From assembly GCA_040235515.1 (NCBI GenBank), contig JBECKX010000208.1:1-47596 (forward strand): 47,596 nucleotides of DNA, given 5' to 3'. The position numbers and the translations under genes were made by a program. The first letter of the stretch is position 1. Every line of letters begins with the position of its first letter. This document shows, piece after piece, positions 19,420 to 28,094 of this stretch. Origin of the DNA: Candidatus Zixiibacteriota bacterium. Lineage in GTDB: Bacteria; Zixibacteria; MSB-5A5; CAIYYT01. The notes under the pieces are model-generated. The model saw only the letters and a list, made by a program, of their open reading frames with translations. It was not told where the DNA came from and ran no database searches.

Positions 19420-20139
19420 ATGAAAAGAATATTGGTTGTCGAGGATGAAGAGCATATCGCCGAGGGGTTGACGATCAACCTGGAGGCCGAAGGATATGAA
19501 GTGGCGGTGGCCGGGGATGGCAACACCGCGCTCAAGATGTATGGCGACGGTCAGTTCGATCTGATCATACTCGATATCATGATTCCCGGTAAAGATGGTC
19601 TGGAGGTATGCCGCGACATTCGCAAGGGTGGAGGCAGAATCCCCATCCTCTTTCTCACCGCCCGCGACCGCCAGTCGGATCGGGTAGAGGGCTTTCTCTC
19701 GGGTGGCGATGACTACCTGACTAAACCGTTTGATTTACAGGAACTCCTCCTCCGCGTGGCCGCAATCTTTCGGCGGCAGGTCTGGTACAGCACCGTCGAA
19801 AAGGACGAGTCGCGCTATATCTTCGATGACAATTGGGTCGACTTCCGCACCTACCAGGCGGTCGGGCCGCATGGCGAGACAGAATTGTCGCAGAAGGAAT
19901 GCATGACGATGAAATATCTCTCGGAGCACGAAAACGAAGTCGTCACCCGCGACATGATCCTCGACGCCGTCTGGGGGTATCACGTCTACCCATCAACACG
20001 AACGATCGACAACTTCATCTTGAGATTGCGCAAAATCTTCGAGCCTGACCCTGCCAATCCCCGCTACATCCTGACAATGCGCGGCGCAGGCTACAAATTC
20101 GTGCCGGAAGGCGTAAGCAAGCCGGACGAAGCGGAGTAA
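19420..20139 (+). CDS. OmpR/PhoB-family response regulator
   Basis: VVEDE, LDIMIP, FLTAR and GGDDYLTKPF motifs; winged helix (RTIDNFILRLRK, TMRGAGY). Confidence 0.95.
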   Translation: MKRILVVEDEEHIAEGLTINLEAEGYEVAVAGDGNTALKMYGDGQFDLIILDIMIPGKDGLEVCRDIRKGGGRIPILFLTARDRQSDRVEGFLSGGDDYLTKPFDLQELLLRVAAIFRRQVWYSTVEKDESRYIFDDNWVDFRTYQAVGPHGETELSQKECMTMKYLSEHENEVVTRDMILDAVWGYHVYPSTRTIDNFILRLRKIFEPDPANPRYILTMRGAGYKFVPEGVSKPDEAE

Positions 20140-20395
20140 AGTCCCCCCCAATTTCACTCCTGCTTTCAATCAAAGCAGCCCCGGCAGACTCCTGAAACCT
20201 CCATGCAGTCCACTCACTGCCGGAATAATCCTTGCTAACGTAAACGTGCGATAATCGGGACGAATTACCCCTTGATTCAATGCGCGCGATACAGCGGGCG
20301 CTGTTCAGATTTCTTGCGCTTGTGCTTTTCATTCCGGCACAGTTAGAATTCCTCCAACCTTCAGAATCAGAGGTTTAGCTGTCGATACAACTAAC

Positions 20396-21298
20396 ATGAC
20401 AGCTAACAGCAGGAAGGACAACGGCGGCGCTGCGCCTCACAACGATTTTCTCCGAAGAGAACAGAATTCTGCCGCTAAGATCTCGCGGCGGCGTTCCGTG
20501 CTTGCCCTCGTTACAGTGTTGGCGGCAATTGGTTTGCTCTACTTTGGCGCAGGCCTACCCCTCACTGAGGCCTCGCTCGAGAGCGAAAATGCGCACGGGC
20601 AGATCGATTGCAGCAGATGTCACAAAATGCAGGCGAGCATCCCTCGCGCAGACGGCTCCGGTGAATTGAACTCCGCGCTGCCCAGCAGCAATGATTGCAT
20701 GCAATGCCATACTGTGGAGCAGATGGGCAGTAACAGCTTTCATAACTCAGGCTACGGCGATTGCTTATCGTGCCATAGCTTTCATCACTCAGAAGAACTC
20801 ACCATCGCCGGCAGACCAGCTTCATTGAGTACAGCCAAAGCATCCGTGGAACTCTGCGCCGACTGCCACGGCGAATCGACGACTCCCGAAGTGAGTCCGG
20901 GTCATCGGCTTGCCGCGCAACTAATTCATGGCGAACAGGAGGGACGCTTCGCAGAACAACCCTCCGAGTTCTGTCTGCTCTGCCATGACCGCGATGCCTC
21001 ACTTCCGATCGCTGCGCCCGAACTGAGTGAGTTCCCTCGATTTCATGTTCAGGCAAGCCACACCTACGGTACCATCCTGGTACCTGGCTCAGGCCGCCCT
21101 GGCTCGCAATTGAAGATTCAACGGGAATTCCCACCCGAGATGCCCCTATTCGAAGGTAAGATCGAATGTCAAACCTGTCATTCGCTGGTGTCGGGTGAGA
21201 AGTACCTGCTTACAAAGAGGATTGAGCAAGGACTCTGCAACGATTGTCACGACATGGGTGATCGCACCGCCACCAACCTGCTCACCACCAGTCGTTAG
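20396..21298 (+). CDS. Multiheme c-type cytochrome, 7 CxxCH
   Basis: CSRCH, CMQCH, CLSCH, CADCH, CLLCH, CQTCH, CNDCH; N-terminal hydrophobic anchor or signal. Confidence 0.9.
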   Translation: MTANSRKDNGGAAPHNDFLRREQNSAAKISRRRSVLALVTVLAAIGLLYFGAGLPLTEASLESENAHGQIDCSRCHKMQASIPRADGSGELNSALPSSNDCMQCHTVEQMGSNSFHNSGYGDCLSCHSFHHSEELTIAGRPASLSTAKASVELCADCHGESTTPEVSPGHRLAAQLIHGEQEGRFAEQPSEFCLLCHDRDASLPIAAPELSEFPRFHVQASHTYGTILVPGSGRPGSQLKIQREFPPEMPLFEGKIECQTCHSLVSGEKYLLTKRIEQGLCNDCHDMGDRTATNLLTTSR

Positions 21299-21533
21299 TC
21301 GCCGCCACCTTGCCGGCACCCTTTTCGCCTGTAACCGAGTCAAATATCGTCGATTTAGCCGCTTTTCTACCGATCCCTGTAACCTCAATCCCCACAACGC
21401 CCAATAAATGCGCATCGAAACGCGGGCTTGAGCCATTTCACCCAAGTAATTGTGGGCGAAGAACTTTATCGGGATATTTTAGTCCTTTTTAAAGCAATCT
21501 TCAAAAAAAGATACTAAAAGGTAGTTTTTCTGC

Positions 21534-21561
21534 TTGCTTTCTTGAGTGATTTGTCTATCAT
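21534..21561 (+). promoter_or_regulatory. Possible sigma70 promoter TTGCTT-N16-TATCAT for the nanowire operon
   Basis: Lies in the AT-rich intergenic region upstream of the two palindromes; partial consensus match only. Confidence 0.3.
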
Positions 21562-21646
21562 ATCGACCGAACATTTGGATACTCGATTTCAAGGTTAGTT
21601 CGATGGTCAAAAAGTACCCGCCTCACAAGTTAAGCCATTTCACCAT

Positions 21647-21664
21647 ATGTGAAAAAAATCACAA
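21647..21664. promoter_or_regulatory. CRP/Rex-like palindrome aTGTGA-aaaaaa-TCACAa
   Basis: Exact TGTGA-N6-TCACA at 21648..21663; two mismatches to the Rex consensus. Confidence 0.55.
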
Positions 21665-21742
21665 CAAGGTAAGTGGTGTTATTTCCAGTTTCCCCTTATT
21701 TTTCCTCAATCTTGGTGTGTCGGGTTTTTTTTCGAACTATTC

Positions 21743-21760
21743 TTGTGAAGTATTTCACGA
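21743..21760. promoter_or_regulatory. Rex-like operator TTGTGAA-gtat-TTCACGA
   Basis: One mismatch to TTGTGAA-N4-TTCACAA; 27 nt upstream of the first operon gene. Confidence 0.6.
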
Positions 21761-21787
21761 AGTAGGGAGTTAGAGCAGGTTAATCTG

Positions 21788-23038
21788 ATGCACGTTTCTT
21801 GTCAGACAGCTATGGATCATGACGTCATCAAGCAAGTCAATCCGTCGCGAATACACACCACACAGCTTCGCTTCTTCGGCGGCAAAATCTTCCGCCTCAT
21901 TTCGCTCGTTGCAGTGATCTGTACCCTCCTGGGGGCTGGCGCATTTGCGCAGGATCGTTATGAGCTGGCTGTCGAGTCAGACTTTCTCCGGCAGCTTGAC
22001 CCGCCCGGTATCGGCAACGGTCTCCTGCGTCCAGAGAGCATCTGTGTTGATCGTCGTGCCGGTGAAGTATTCGTTAGTGATCCCGGCAACAACCGGATAG
22101 TCGTGTTTGACACAGCCGGTGTGTATCTCTTTGAGTTTGGCGGGAAGGACGTGTTCCGCAACGTCGGTGAAGTCGTTATCGACTCCAGGGGCTTCATCTA
22201 TGTGCTCGGCTCGGCGCCGGAAGGCAGATTCATTTACAAATTTGACTATGATGGCCTGCTGCTGGGCAAACTCGAGGTGCGCGGCTTGCCCGAGGGGCTC
22301 GACTTCGCGCCGCTGAGCCTCAATATTTCTGAAGAAGACTTAATCTATGTTGTCAATGGACCCGATCCGCAGATGATCGTGATTGACACGAATGGGGAAT
22401 TCAAATCTGGTTTTGCTGTGCTGGGAGACCTGACCGAAAAGTTAAGGAGGGAATCCGTAATCGGCCAGCCTGAGATTGATGCTGATCGCATTTACCTGCC
22501 GGTACCGTCGCTCGGTTCGGTGTTCGTCTATCATCTGGACGGCAGCCTGGAACGAGAGATTGGCATCCGCGGCAACCTTGTGGGTCAGTTGAATTTTCCG
22601 TCCGATGTTACGATCATCGATCACAGGATCGTTGCAGTCATCGACAAACATCGTTTTGTAGTAGTTACTTTTACAACCAACGGGCAGTTCCTGGGCGAGT
22701 TTGGCGGGATGGGTGTGAGTCCGGGCAAGTTCTACCATCCGGCTTACATCGATCACGATGACCAGCAGCGGCTATACATCTCGCAGCGTTTCATGAATCG
22801 CGTGCAGGTCTGTAATCTGCCACAACTCATCACGGAACGGCTGGATTCGTTTGAGACTCACCCGAACGACATCACGACAGGCGAATCCGCGGGCGAATCA
22901 TCGCAAGAATCATTGCAAAGTTCCCTTCAACCTAGACTGCCAGAAAACCATTTGGAGGAGGTGGTGCTTAAAACCAGTTCAACCCCAGTTTCAGTACGCT
23001 CTTTTTTATTCGTGAGTAAATCTCGGAGGTTAATTTAA
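21788..23038 (+). CDS. Exported NHL-repeat beta-propeller protein
   Basis: LLRPESICVD, VFVSDPGNNRIVVFD, GQLNFPSDV and GKFYHPAYI repeats; signal peptide ending AFA-Q. Confidence 0.9.
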   Translation: MHVSCQTAMDHDVIKQVNPSRIHTTQLRFFGGKIFRLISLVAVICTLLGAGAFAQDRYELAVESDFLRQLDPPGIGNGLLRPESICVDRRAGEVFVSDPGNNRIVVFDTAGVYLFEFGGKDVFRNVGEVVIDSRGFIYVLGSAPEGRFIYKFDYDGLLLGKLEVRGLPEGLDFAPLSLNISEEDLIYVVNGPDPQMIVIDTNGEFKSGFAVLGDLTEKLRRESVIGQPEIDADRIYLPVPSLGSVFVYHLDGSLEREIGIRGNLVGQLNFPSDVTIIDHRIVAVIDKHRFVVVTFTTNGQFLGEFGGMGVSPGKFYHPAYIDHDDQQRLYISQRFMNRVQVCNLPQLITERLDSFETHPNDITTGESAGESSQESLQSSLQPRLPENHLEEVVLKTSSTPVSVRSFLFVSKSRRLI

Positions 23039-23040
23039 TC

Positions 23041-24096
23041 ATGCGTAAGCTTTTCATTATTGCTATCGCTCTCTCGCTGCCGATCTTCTTCAGCGGCGTA
23101 GCGATGGGCTTCCACGATGCCGGTGTGGCACATTGTAACGGCTGTCATACCATGCATAACAGTGAAGATGGTGCGCTCGTAGATGCCACCAATCCGAATG
23201 GTAATGCCTACCTGCTTCGGTATGCCTCGGCTTCCGACGTCTGCCTCTCCTGCCACGCTACCGGTCTCGGCGCCGTTTGGGGAACCGACCCGCTTGCTCC
23301 CCCGACCGAACGCGGTGGTGGTAACTTCGTGTTCCTCATGGAAGACAACCTGAATGACGCACATGCCGGCGCCAGCAACCCGATTCCGGGTGAGGCCGCT
23401 GGACACAGCGTCAACGCTCCCAGCATGGGTTCCGGCACTGACGGAACGCTCTCGATGGCACCGGGCGGAACATTCCCGGCCGCCAACCTTGAATGCTCAA
23501 GCTGCCATGACCCGCATGGTAACGCCAACTTCCGTCTCCTGTACGGAGTGGGCGGCATTCAGGCCGGCACTTTCACCTTCACCAACGCCGCCCCCGATGC
23601 CGAGGGTTTGAGCCTGTTTGGTGCCGGTGAGAGCCAGACCAACCATACCGCCTACAAGGGCGGCATGAGCGCCTGGTGCGGCAACTGCCATGGCGACTTC
23701 CATAACAACAACACCAAACTGATCCACCCGTCAGGTAAGGTCCTGGGCGGCACAATCGCTACCGCTTACAACCTTTACAACGGTACCGTCGATCAGACTG
23801 GTGGCGCTCAGGCTACAGCCTACCTTGCTGAAGTTCCGTTCGAGGATCCGGCCAACACGACCTCGTCGACCGCAGGTCCGTCGGCCAGCAGCCAGGTCTC
23901 CTGTATCACCTGCCACCGCGCGCATGCGACCTCAGCTCCTGACGCTACTCGTTGGGACATGAGCGTCACATTCCTGCATGAGGATGGTGTGGAATCCGGC
24001 GCCTATCAGATTCCGGATCCGTACAACAACCTCAACCAGCGCTCGCTGTGTAACAAGTGCCATGTGAAGGACGCCGGCGACGAGATGCCGTTCTAA
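23041..24096 (+). CDS. omcS: Hexaheme OmcS-family cytochrome (nanowire subunit homolog)
   Basis: Six CxxCH. The mature N-terminus FHDAGVAHCNGCHTMHNS and the blocks APGGTFP..L.CSSCHDPHG, GMSAWCGNCH, CITCHRAHA and QRSLCNKCH.KD match Geobacter OmcS as I recall it. Strong GGAGG RBS. Confidence 0.88.
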   Translation: MRKLFIIAIALSLPIFFSGVAMGFHDAGVAHCNGCHTMHNSEDGALVDATNPNGNAYLLRYASASDVCLSCHATGLGAVWGTDPLAPPTERGGGNFVFLMEDNLNDAHAGASNPIPGEAAGHSVNAPSMGSGTDGTLSMAPGGTFPAANLECSSCHDPHGNANFRLLYGVGGIQAGTFTFTNAAPDAEGLSLFGAGESQTNHTAYKGGMSAWCGNCHGDFHNNNTKLIHPSGKVLGGTIATAYNLYNGTVDQTGGAQATAYLAEVPFEDPANTTSSTAGPSASSQVSCITCHRAHATSAPDATRWDMSVTFLHEDGVESGAYQIPDPYNNLNQRSLCNKCHVKDAGDEMPF

Positions 24097-24159
24097 GCGC
24101 TTGAATTAGCGTTCTCGAAATTCATAGCCCTTCTGACCTTGAAATCGTTTTAGGGCACA

Positions 24160-24196
24160 AACAGGTACCCGGCCCGCACGGGTCGGGTACCCTGTT
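24160..24196 (+). terminator. Strong stem-loop 3' of omcS (stabiliser or partial terminator)
   Basis: GGTACCCGGCCC-gcac-GGGTCGGGTACC, a 12-bp stem extendable by AACAG/CTGTT; no long U tract. Confidence 0.65.
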
Positions 24197-24215
24197 AAGT
24201 GGAGATGTTAGAGAA

Positions 24216-26315
24216 GTGAGACGAACCAAACGACAGAAGGTTCTCACAGGGCTGATTACCACACTTGCAGCCGCAGTCGCGGCTCTCCTCTTCCTGACAG
24301 ATTCAGCCGACGCCAGAGTATCACAGAACCTCGGCGGTAGGTTCAGACTCAGTTTCCTCCAATCTGAGACTGATATCCAGAAAAGAGAAAACCTCGACCA
24401 GGAGTACGTTCTCGGCTGGCAGAACCAGTTCACCCGGAATCTCCTCGGGCGTGCCATGGTGCGCTACTTCAATGTGGGCGTTACTCAGAGCGACGGTGCT
24501 AACAACTGGCGTTCTGACTTGCAGCCTTCAGTTGAGGCGTACTGGCGTCAACGGGAGTTTTCGCTGATCGGGCTCGCACACTACCGCGAAACCCGCAGTA
24601 ATGACAGATCAACGGAGCTGGTATCGGAACTGGCTGGAGCAACGTTCAAGTCGCAGCTGCCCGGATACCCTTTCGTCAGAGCCAGATTCGAGATTGAGAA
24701 GCGCTACAATCGGGTGGACCGCAGCGATCGCGACACTCGTGATCAGGCATACGAGTTCGAGACAGGTTACACATCTCTCTCCTTCTCATCAAGGTACTCA
24801 ATGCGGCGCCACGTTACCGACGACTGGTCACGTGATTTGAGGAGTAGTATCACCCACCACTCGCTGCAACTGCAACAAATCGTCAAGTGGGCGGGAAACG
24901 GTATCCACACGTCGGTGGGATATCGCGGGGAATACAAAGTGCGTACCGATGAGAATTTCTCGACCAGCGCGCTGCCGCGACGGCTTCCGATCTTTGCTGC
25001 GCTCGCAGCCCGCGACCAATCACCGGAAACCGGCGGTCTTGATACGGTTGCGGCGCTGGCGGATGGAAACCTCGACAACCCCACCAATCCCCCCATCAAT
25101 ATCGGTGATGGCAATACCTACTGGAATATCGGCGCCGACCTCGGCCTCGGTCGGGAAGTCAACCTTCTCTACCTCTACACCGACGCGCCGTCTGAGAATG
25201 GTGTACGCTGGGAAGTATTCACGTCTGATGATGCAATCTTCTGGCAAAGCCAGGGGGCGACCCAGTCGTTTTTCAGCCCCGGCTTCAGCCGTTACGAGAT
25301 ATCGTTTGATGCCCAAACCACCCGGTATATTAAAGTCGTGAATACCGGTTTCAACCTGAGCGACTCGGTGAACGTCACGGAGTTGCAGGCTCTGATCCTG
25401 CTCGATTCGAGCAGCAAACTCTCCCTCGACAATTTCGTGCATGAAGCTGATATCAACAACTCCATCACCCTTTCGGAACAGGTGACCTCAAACGTCAGCG
25501 CGGTACTGAGAACCGAGCCGGGCAATGAGCTTGACCCGGGACGCGAGGAAGCTTATTTCAATTCCATGCTCAGGCATCAGCCGTCGAAGAAATTTCACCA
25601 CCTGGTGAGGGGGGAGCTTGCTCTCCTCGATATCGAGAACGTCGCGAGTGAAGTCACCCGCTCGGTTTCCGGGGGGTACACCGCGGAGTACCTTCCGCTC
25701 AAGACACTGGACCTGATCGCCTCCGTCTATGCGCGGCTCAACTATGTCAAGTCGCTGCGTTCGGAGGAGGTTTACAACGGCGTCCTGCGCGCCAGCGCCG
25801 ACCCCTTCCCGCGACTTCAAATCGTCCAGGAGGGTGGCATCAGCAGGGCAAACCTGAATATCTCCGCTCGACAGATTGACGGCTGGAGCTATCGGGTTGA
25901 TATGATCGGCAGCCTCACCGAGTGGTTGGAAGGAAGAGGCGGCGTCGGCTATCGTGAAGTCCACTCCAGCGATGGTACAACCATCCGCAAAGAATATCGG
26001 CTCGGGTTCACCTATTCGATCACCGACAACATGCAGCTCCGGGGCAACATCAACAGCATCGAAGAGGATCGAGTGCAGAGCCTTTCTCAAGACTTCGTTT
26101 TTAGCTGGCGGTTGACACCCAAGGTCACGACGAGTGCTAATGCTTACCTGCTTCGGTTTGATGAAGGTGACAGCACGGAGCGCTATGGTGCGCAGGTGGA
26201 ATACAACCTGTCGCGACGCACCATTCTTACCGCGAGTGTCCAGGAAAACGATTTGACCGGTACCGGCGGCGAATCGACTTTGTCATACAGATTTGGAATA
26301 AGGACGGGATTCTGA
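24216..26315 (+). CDS. Outer-membrane beta-barrel with an inserted discoidin (F5/8 type C)-like domain
   Basis: Signal peptide, alternating beta-strand pattern, C-terminal Phe (RFGIRTGF); central ADLG...WEVFTSDD..FW...TRYIKVV...ELQ pattern. Confidence 0.75.
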   Translation: MRRTKRQKVLTGLITTLAAAVAALLFLTDSADARVSQNLGGRFRLSFLQSETDIQKRENLDQEYVLGWQNQFTRNLLGRAMVRYFNVGVTQSDGANNWRSDLQPSVEAYWRQREFSLIGLAHYRETRSNDRSTELVSELAGATFKSQLPGYPFVRARFEIEKRYNRVDRSDRDTRDQAYEFETGYTSLSFSSRYSMRRHVTDDWSRDLRSSITHHSLQLQQIVKWAGNGIHTSVGYRGEYKVRTDENFSTSALPRRLPIFAALAARDQSPETGGLDTVAALADGNLDNPTNPPINIGDGNTYWNIGADLGLGREVNLLYLYTDAPSENGVRWEVFTSDDAIFWQSQGATQSFFSPGFSRYEISFDAQTTRYIKVVNTGFNLSDSVNVTELQALILLDSSSKLSLDNFVHEADINNSITLSEQVTSNVSAVLRTEPGNELDPGREEAYFNSMLRHQPSKKFHHLVRGELALLDIENVASEVTRSVSGGYTAEYLPLKTLDLIASVYARLNYVKSLRSEEVYNGVLRASADPFPRLQIVQEGGISRANLNISARQIDGWSYRVDMIGSLTEWLEGRGGVGYREVHSSDGTTIRKEYRLGFTYSITDNMQLRGNINSIEEDRVQSLSQDFVFSWRLTPKVTTSANAYLLRFDEGDSTERYGAQVEYNLSRRTILTASVQENDLTGTGGESTLSYRFGIRTGF

Positions 26316-26935
26316 TGAAATATGGTCCGAGGAACTCAACCAGCGCTGCACCGAATCGGCCACTCTCAAGCGCCGCAGTGATACCAGTGCTGCTGGCAGT
26401 GATTTTGATGGCAGCAGGCTGCTCGACAGTCCGCCCCACCGTGTTTATACATGAAGAATACAACTTCGCGTTCGTCGAACGCGTGGCAATCGTGCCATTC
26501 GAAAACCTCTCAGACGACCAGGGCGCCGGCGCACGTCTCACACACCTCTTTATGACCGAACTCCTTGCCGCCAAAGTATTCGATGTCGTCGAACCGGGAG
26601 AGGTCGTCCAGGCACTGGGCAAGTACCCGCTGCCACGCAAAGACCTGATCACGATGGAACAGGCGAAAGAAATCGGAAAGACCCTGAGGGTGCAGGCGCT
26701 GATTATTGGAAGCGTCAACGAATCCAAGAACAACCGGGCCGGCGGTGGACCGGCAACCGTAGTCACACTGCAGGTGCGCATGGTTGAGATTGAGAGTGGC
26801 CAGACCGTCTGGTCCGCTACCCATACGGAAGGCAGCCGCACGTTTCTCTCTTCGCTCTTCGGTACGGAAGAGCGGTCCTACAGCGAGGTGGCTCGCCGGT
26901 GCGTACGCAGAACCATTGACACCCTGATTGATTGA
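26315..26935 (+). CDS. CsgG/GNA1162-like lipoprotein
   Basis: Lipobox MAAG-C; RVAIVPFENLS, IGKTLRVQALIIGSV and VRMVEIESGQTVWS motifs; TGATG coupling to the barrel gene. Confidence 0.8.
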   Translation: MKYGPRNSTSAAPNRPLSSAAVIPVLLAVILMAAGCSTVRPTVFIHEEYNFAFVERVAIVPFENLSDDQGAGARLTHLFMTELLAAKVFDVVEPGEVVQALGKYPLPRKDLITMEQAKEIGKTLRVQALIIGSVNESKNNRAGGGPATVVTLQVRMVEIESGQTVWSATHTEGSRTFLSSLFGTEERSYSEVARRCVRRTIDTLID

Positions 26936-26950
26936 AACCACGGAATCCAG

Positions 26951-28090
26951 ATGACTCGCGCACTTGACATCAGACGCAGCTGTTACGCCACAATAGTAAT
27001 GATACCCGCTCTATTTATTCTTGTATTGGCGGGGCAAACCCTTGCGCAAAACAACTGGCGGGTAGCACGGTTTGCGCTTGTGCCGCTTGCCAATCATTCG
27101 GAGTTCAACGTTGCGCGCGAACAGGTGGAATCGCTGCTGCTGGAGAATCTCTCCGGACGCTGCTCGCTGGTGCCGTCAGATTCGTTGCGCTCGTTTATGC
27201 GCGCCGAGCGACTGCGCCTGGTGGGTAACGTCGACGCGGTCGCTGCGACGAAGTTGCGCGGCGGTGTCGATGTCGATTATGTGATCACCGGGTCGGTGGA
27301 GGCCTACGAACCCGGCGCCCTTCCGGAGTTTTCACTCTGCCTGCGGGTTTACAATTGCTGGGACAGCGAGATCGTCTGGATGCAATGCGCGTTTGCTACG
27401 GGTGAGGATCTGGCCGGTGCATTCGGGATCGGTGAAACTTCATCACTCGACAAAGTGATGGAATTCGTAATTGAAAATCTGATGGCAGACTTCGACCTCC
27501 ATCGCGACGGTCTGCTGTTCAAAAAACCGAAAGAGTCGGGCAAAGCGAGCAAACTGCTCAACGGCGGCACGGTTGCGCTCATCCCGTTCGATCACTCCAC
27601 TCTCTATCACTCTGCCGGTGACGTGGTCAGCGATTTCGCACTGGCGAAAATCTGGCAGGAGGGTTTCAGAGTGGCGGAACCGGGCGATGTAGCGCGCGTA
27701 CTGATTCGCGCTCGACAACTCTACTTCGGCGCTGCGACCGACCGGGGCATGAAAGTGCTCATGGACAGCCTCGGTGTTGCGGCGGTCGTGAGTGGAACGG
27801 TCTTCAGCTTCACGCCGCTGAAAGGACAGCTCACACAGGCAGGCCCCCTCGTTGGCCTCAGCCTGCGGTTGGTGGATCCGGCGAGCGGTGATGTATTGTC
27901 GGCTACGGATGGGGAACGTAACGGGGCTCACTCGATGTCAGTCTTCGGTGCAGGCAGGGAATACTCGATGGGCGAGAGCGCCACTGCACTGGCAGGAGAC
28001 CTCTGGGGCAGGCTCGTCTCCAGTCGCCGAGAACCGGGCGGCAAGCGCGGAAAAAACAGCACTAATAACGATGAAACAGCTCAGAGGTAA
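26951..28090 (+). CDS. Exported protein with two tandem CsgG/TolB-N-like domains
   Basis: RFALVPLANHS...VDYVITGSV and TVALIPFDHS...GVAAVVSGTV...LRLVDPASGDVL; signal peptide ending TLA-Q. Confidence 0.72.
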   Translation: MTRALDIRRSCYATIVMIPALFILVLAGQTLAQNNWRVARFALVPLANHSEFNVAREQVESLLLENLSGRCSLVPSDSLRSFMRAERLRLVGNVDAVAATKLRGGVDVDYVITGSVEAYEPGALPEFSLCLRVYNCWDSEIVWMQCAFATGEDLAGAFGIGETSSLDKVMEFVIENLMADFDLHRDGLLFKKPKESGKASKLLNGGTVALIPFDHSTLYHSAGDVVSDFALAKIWQEGFRVAEPGDVARVLIRARQLYFGAATDRGMKVLMDSLGVAAVVSGTVFSFTPLKGQLTQAGPLVGLSLRLVDPASGDVLSATDGERNGAHSMSVFGAGREYSMGESATALAGDLWGRLVSSRREPGGKRGKNSTNNDETAQR

Positions 28091-28094
28091 TCGC

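Noticed and set aside
21328..21384. Direct repeat CCTGTAACC as a binding site for the OmpR-type regulator
   Set aside because: The copies are about 48 bp apart rather than the roughly 11-bp tandem spacing typical of this family.
21299..21787. GEMM-I (c-di-GMP/cGAMP) riboswitch in the nanowire leader, as found at Geobacter omcS
   Set aside because: I could not find the GEMM P1/P2 consensus with its GNRA tetraloop and receptor; only short unrelated pairings are present. An Rfam scan would settle it.
27852..28094. N-terminal extension of the PPIase ORF
   Set aside because: It overlaps the upstream gene; the RBS and signal peptide indicate a start at 28095.
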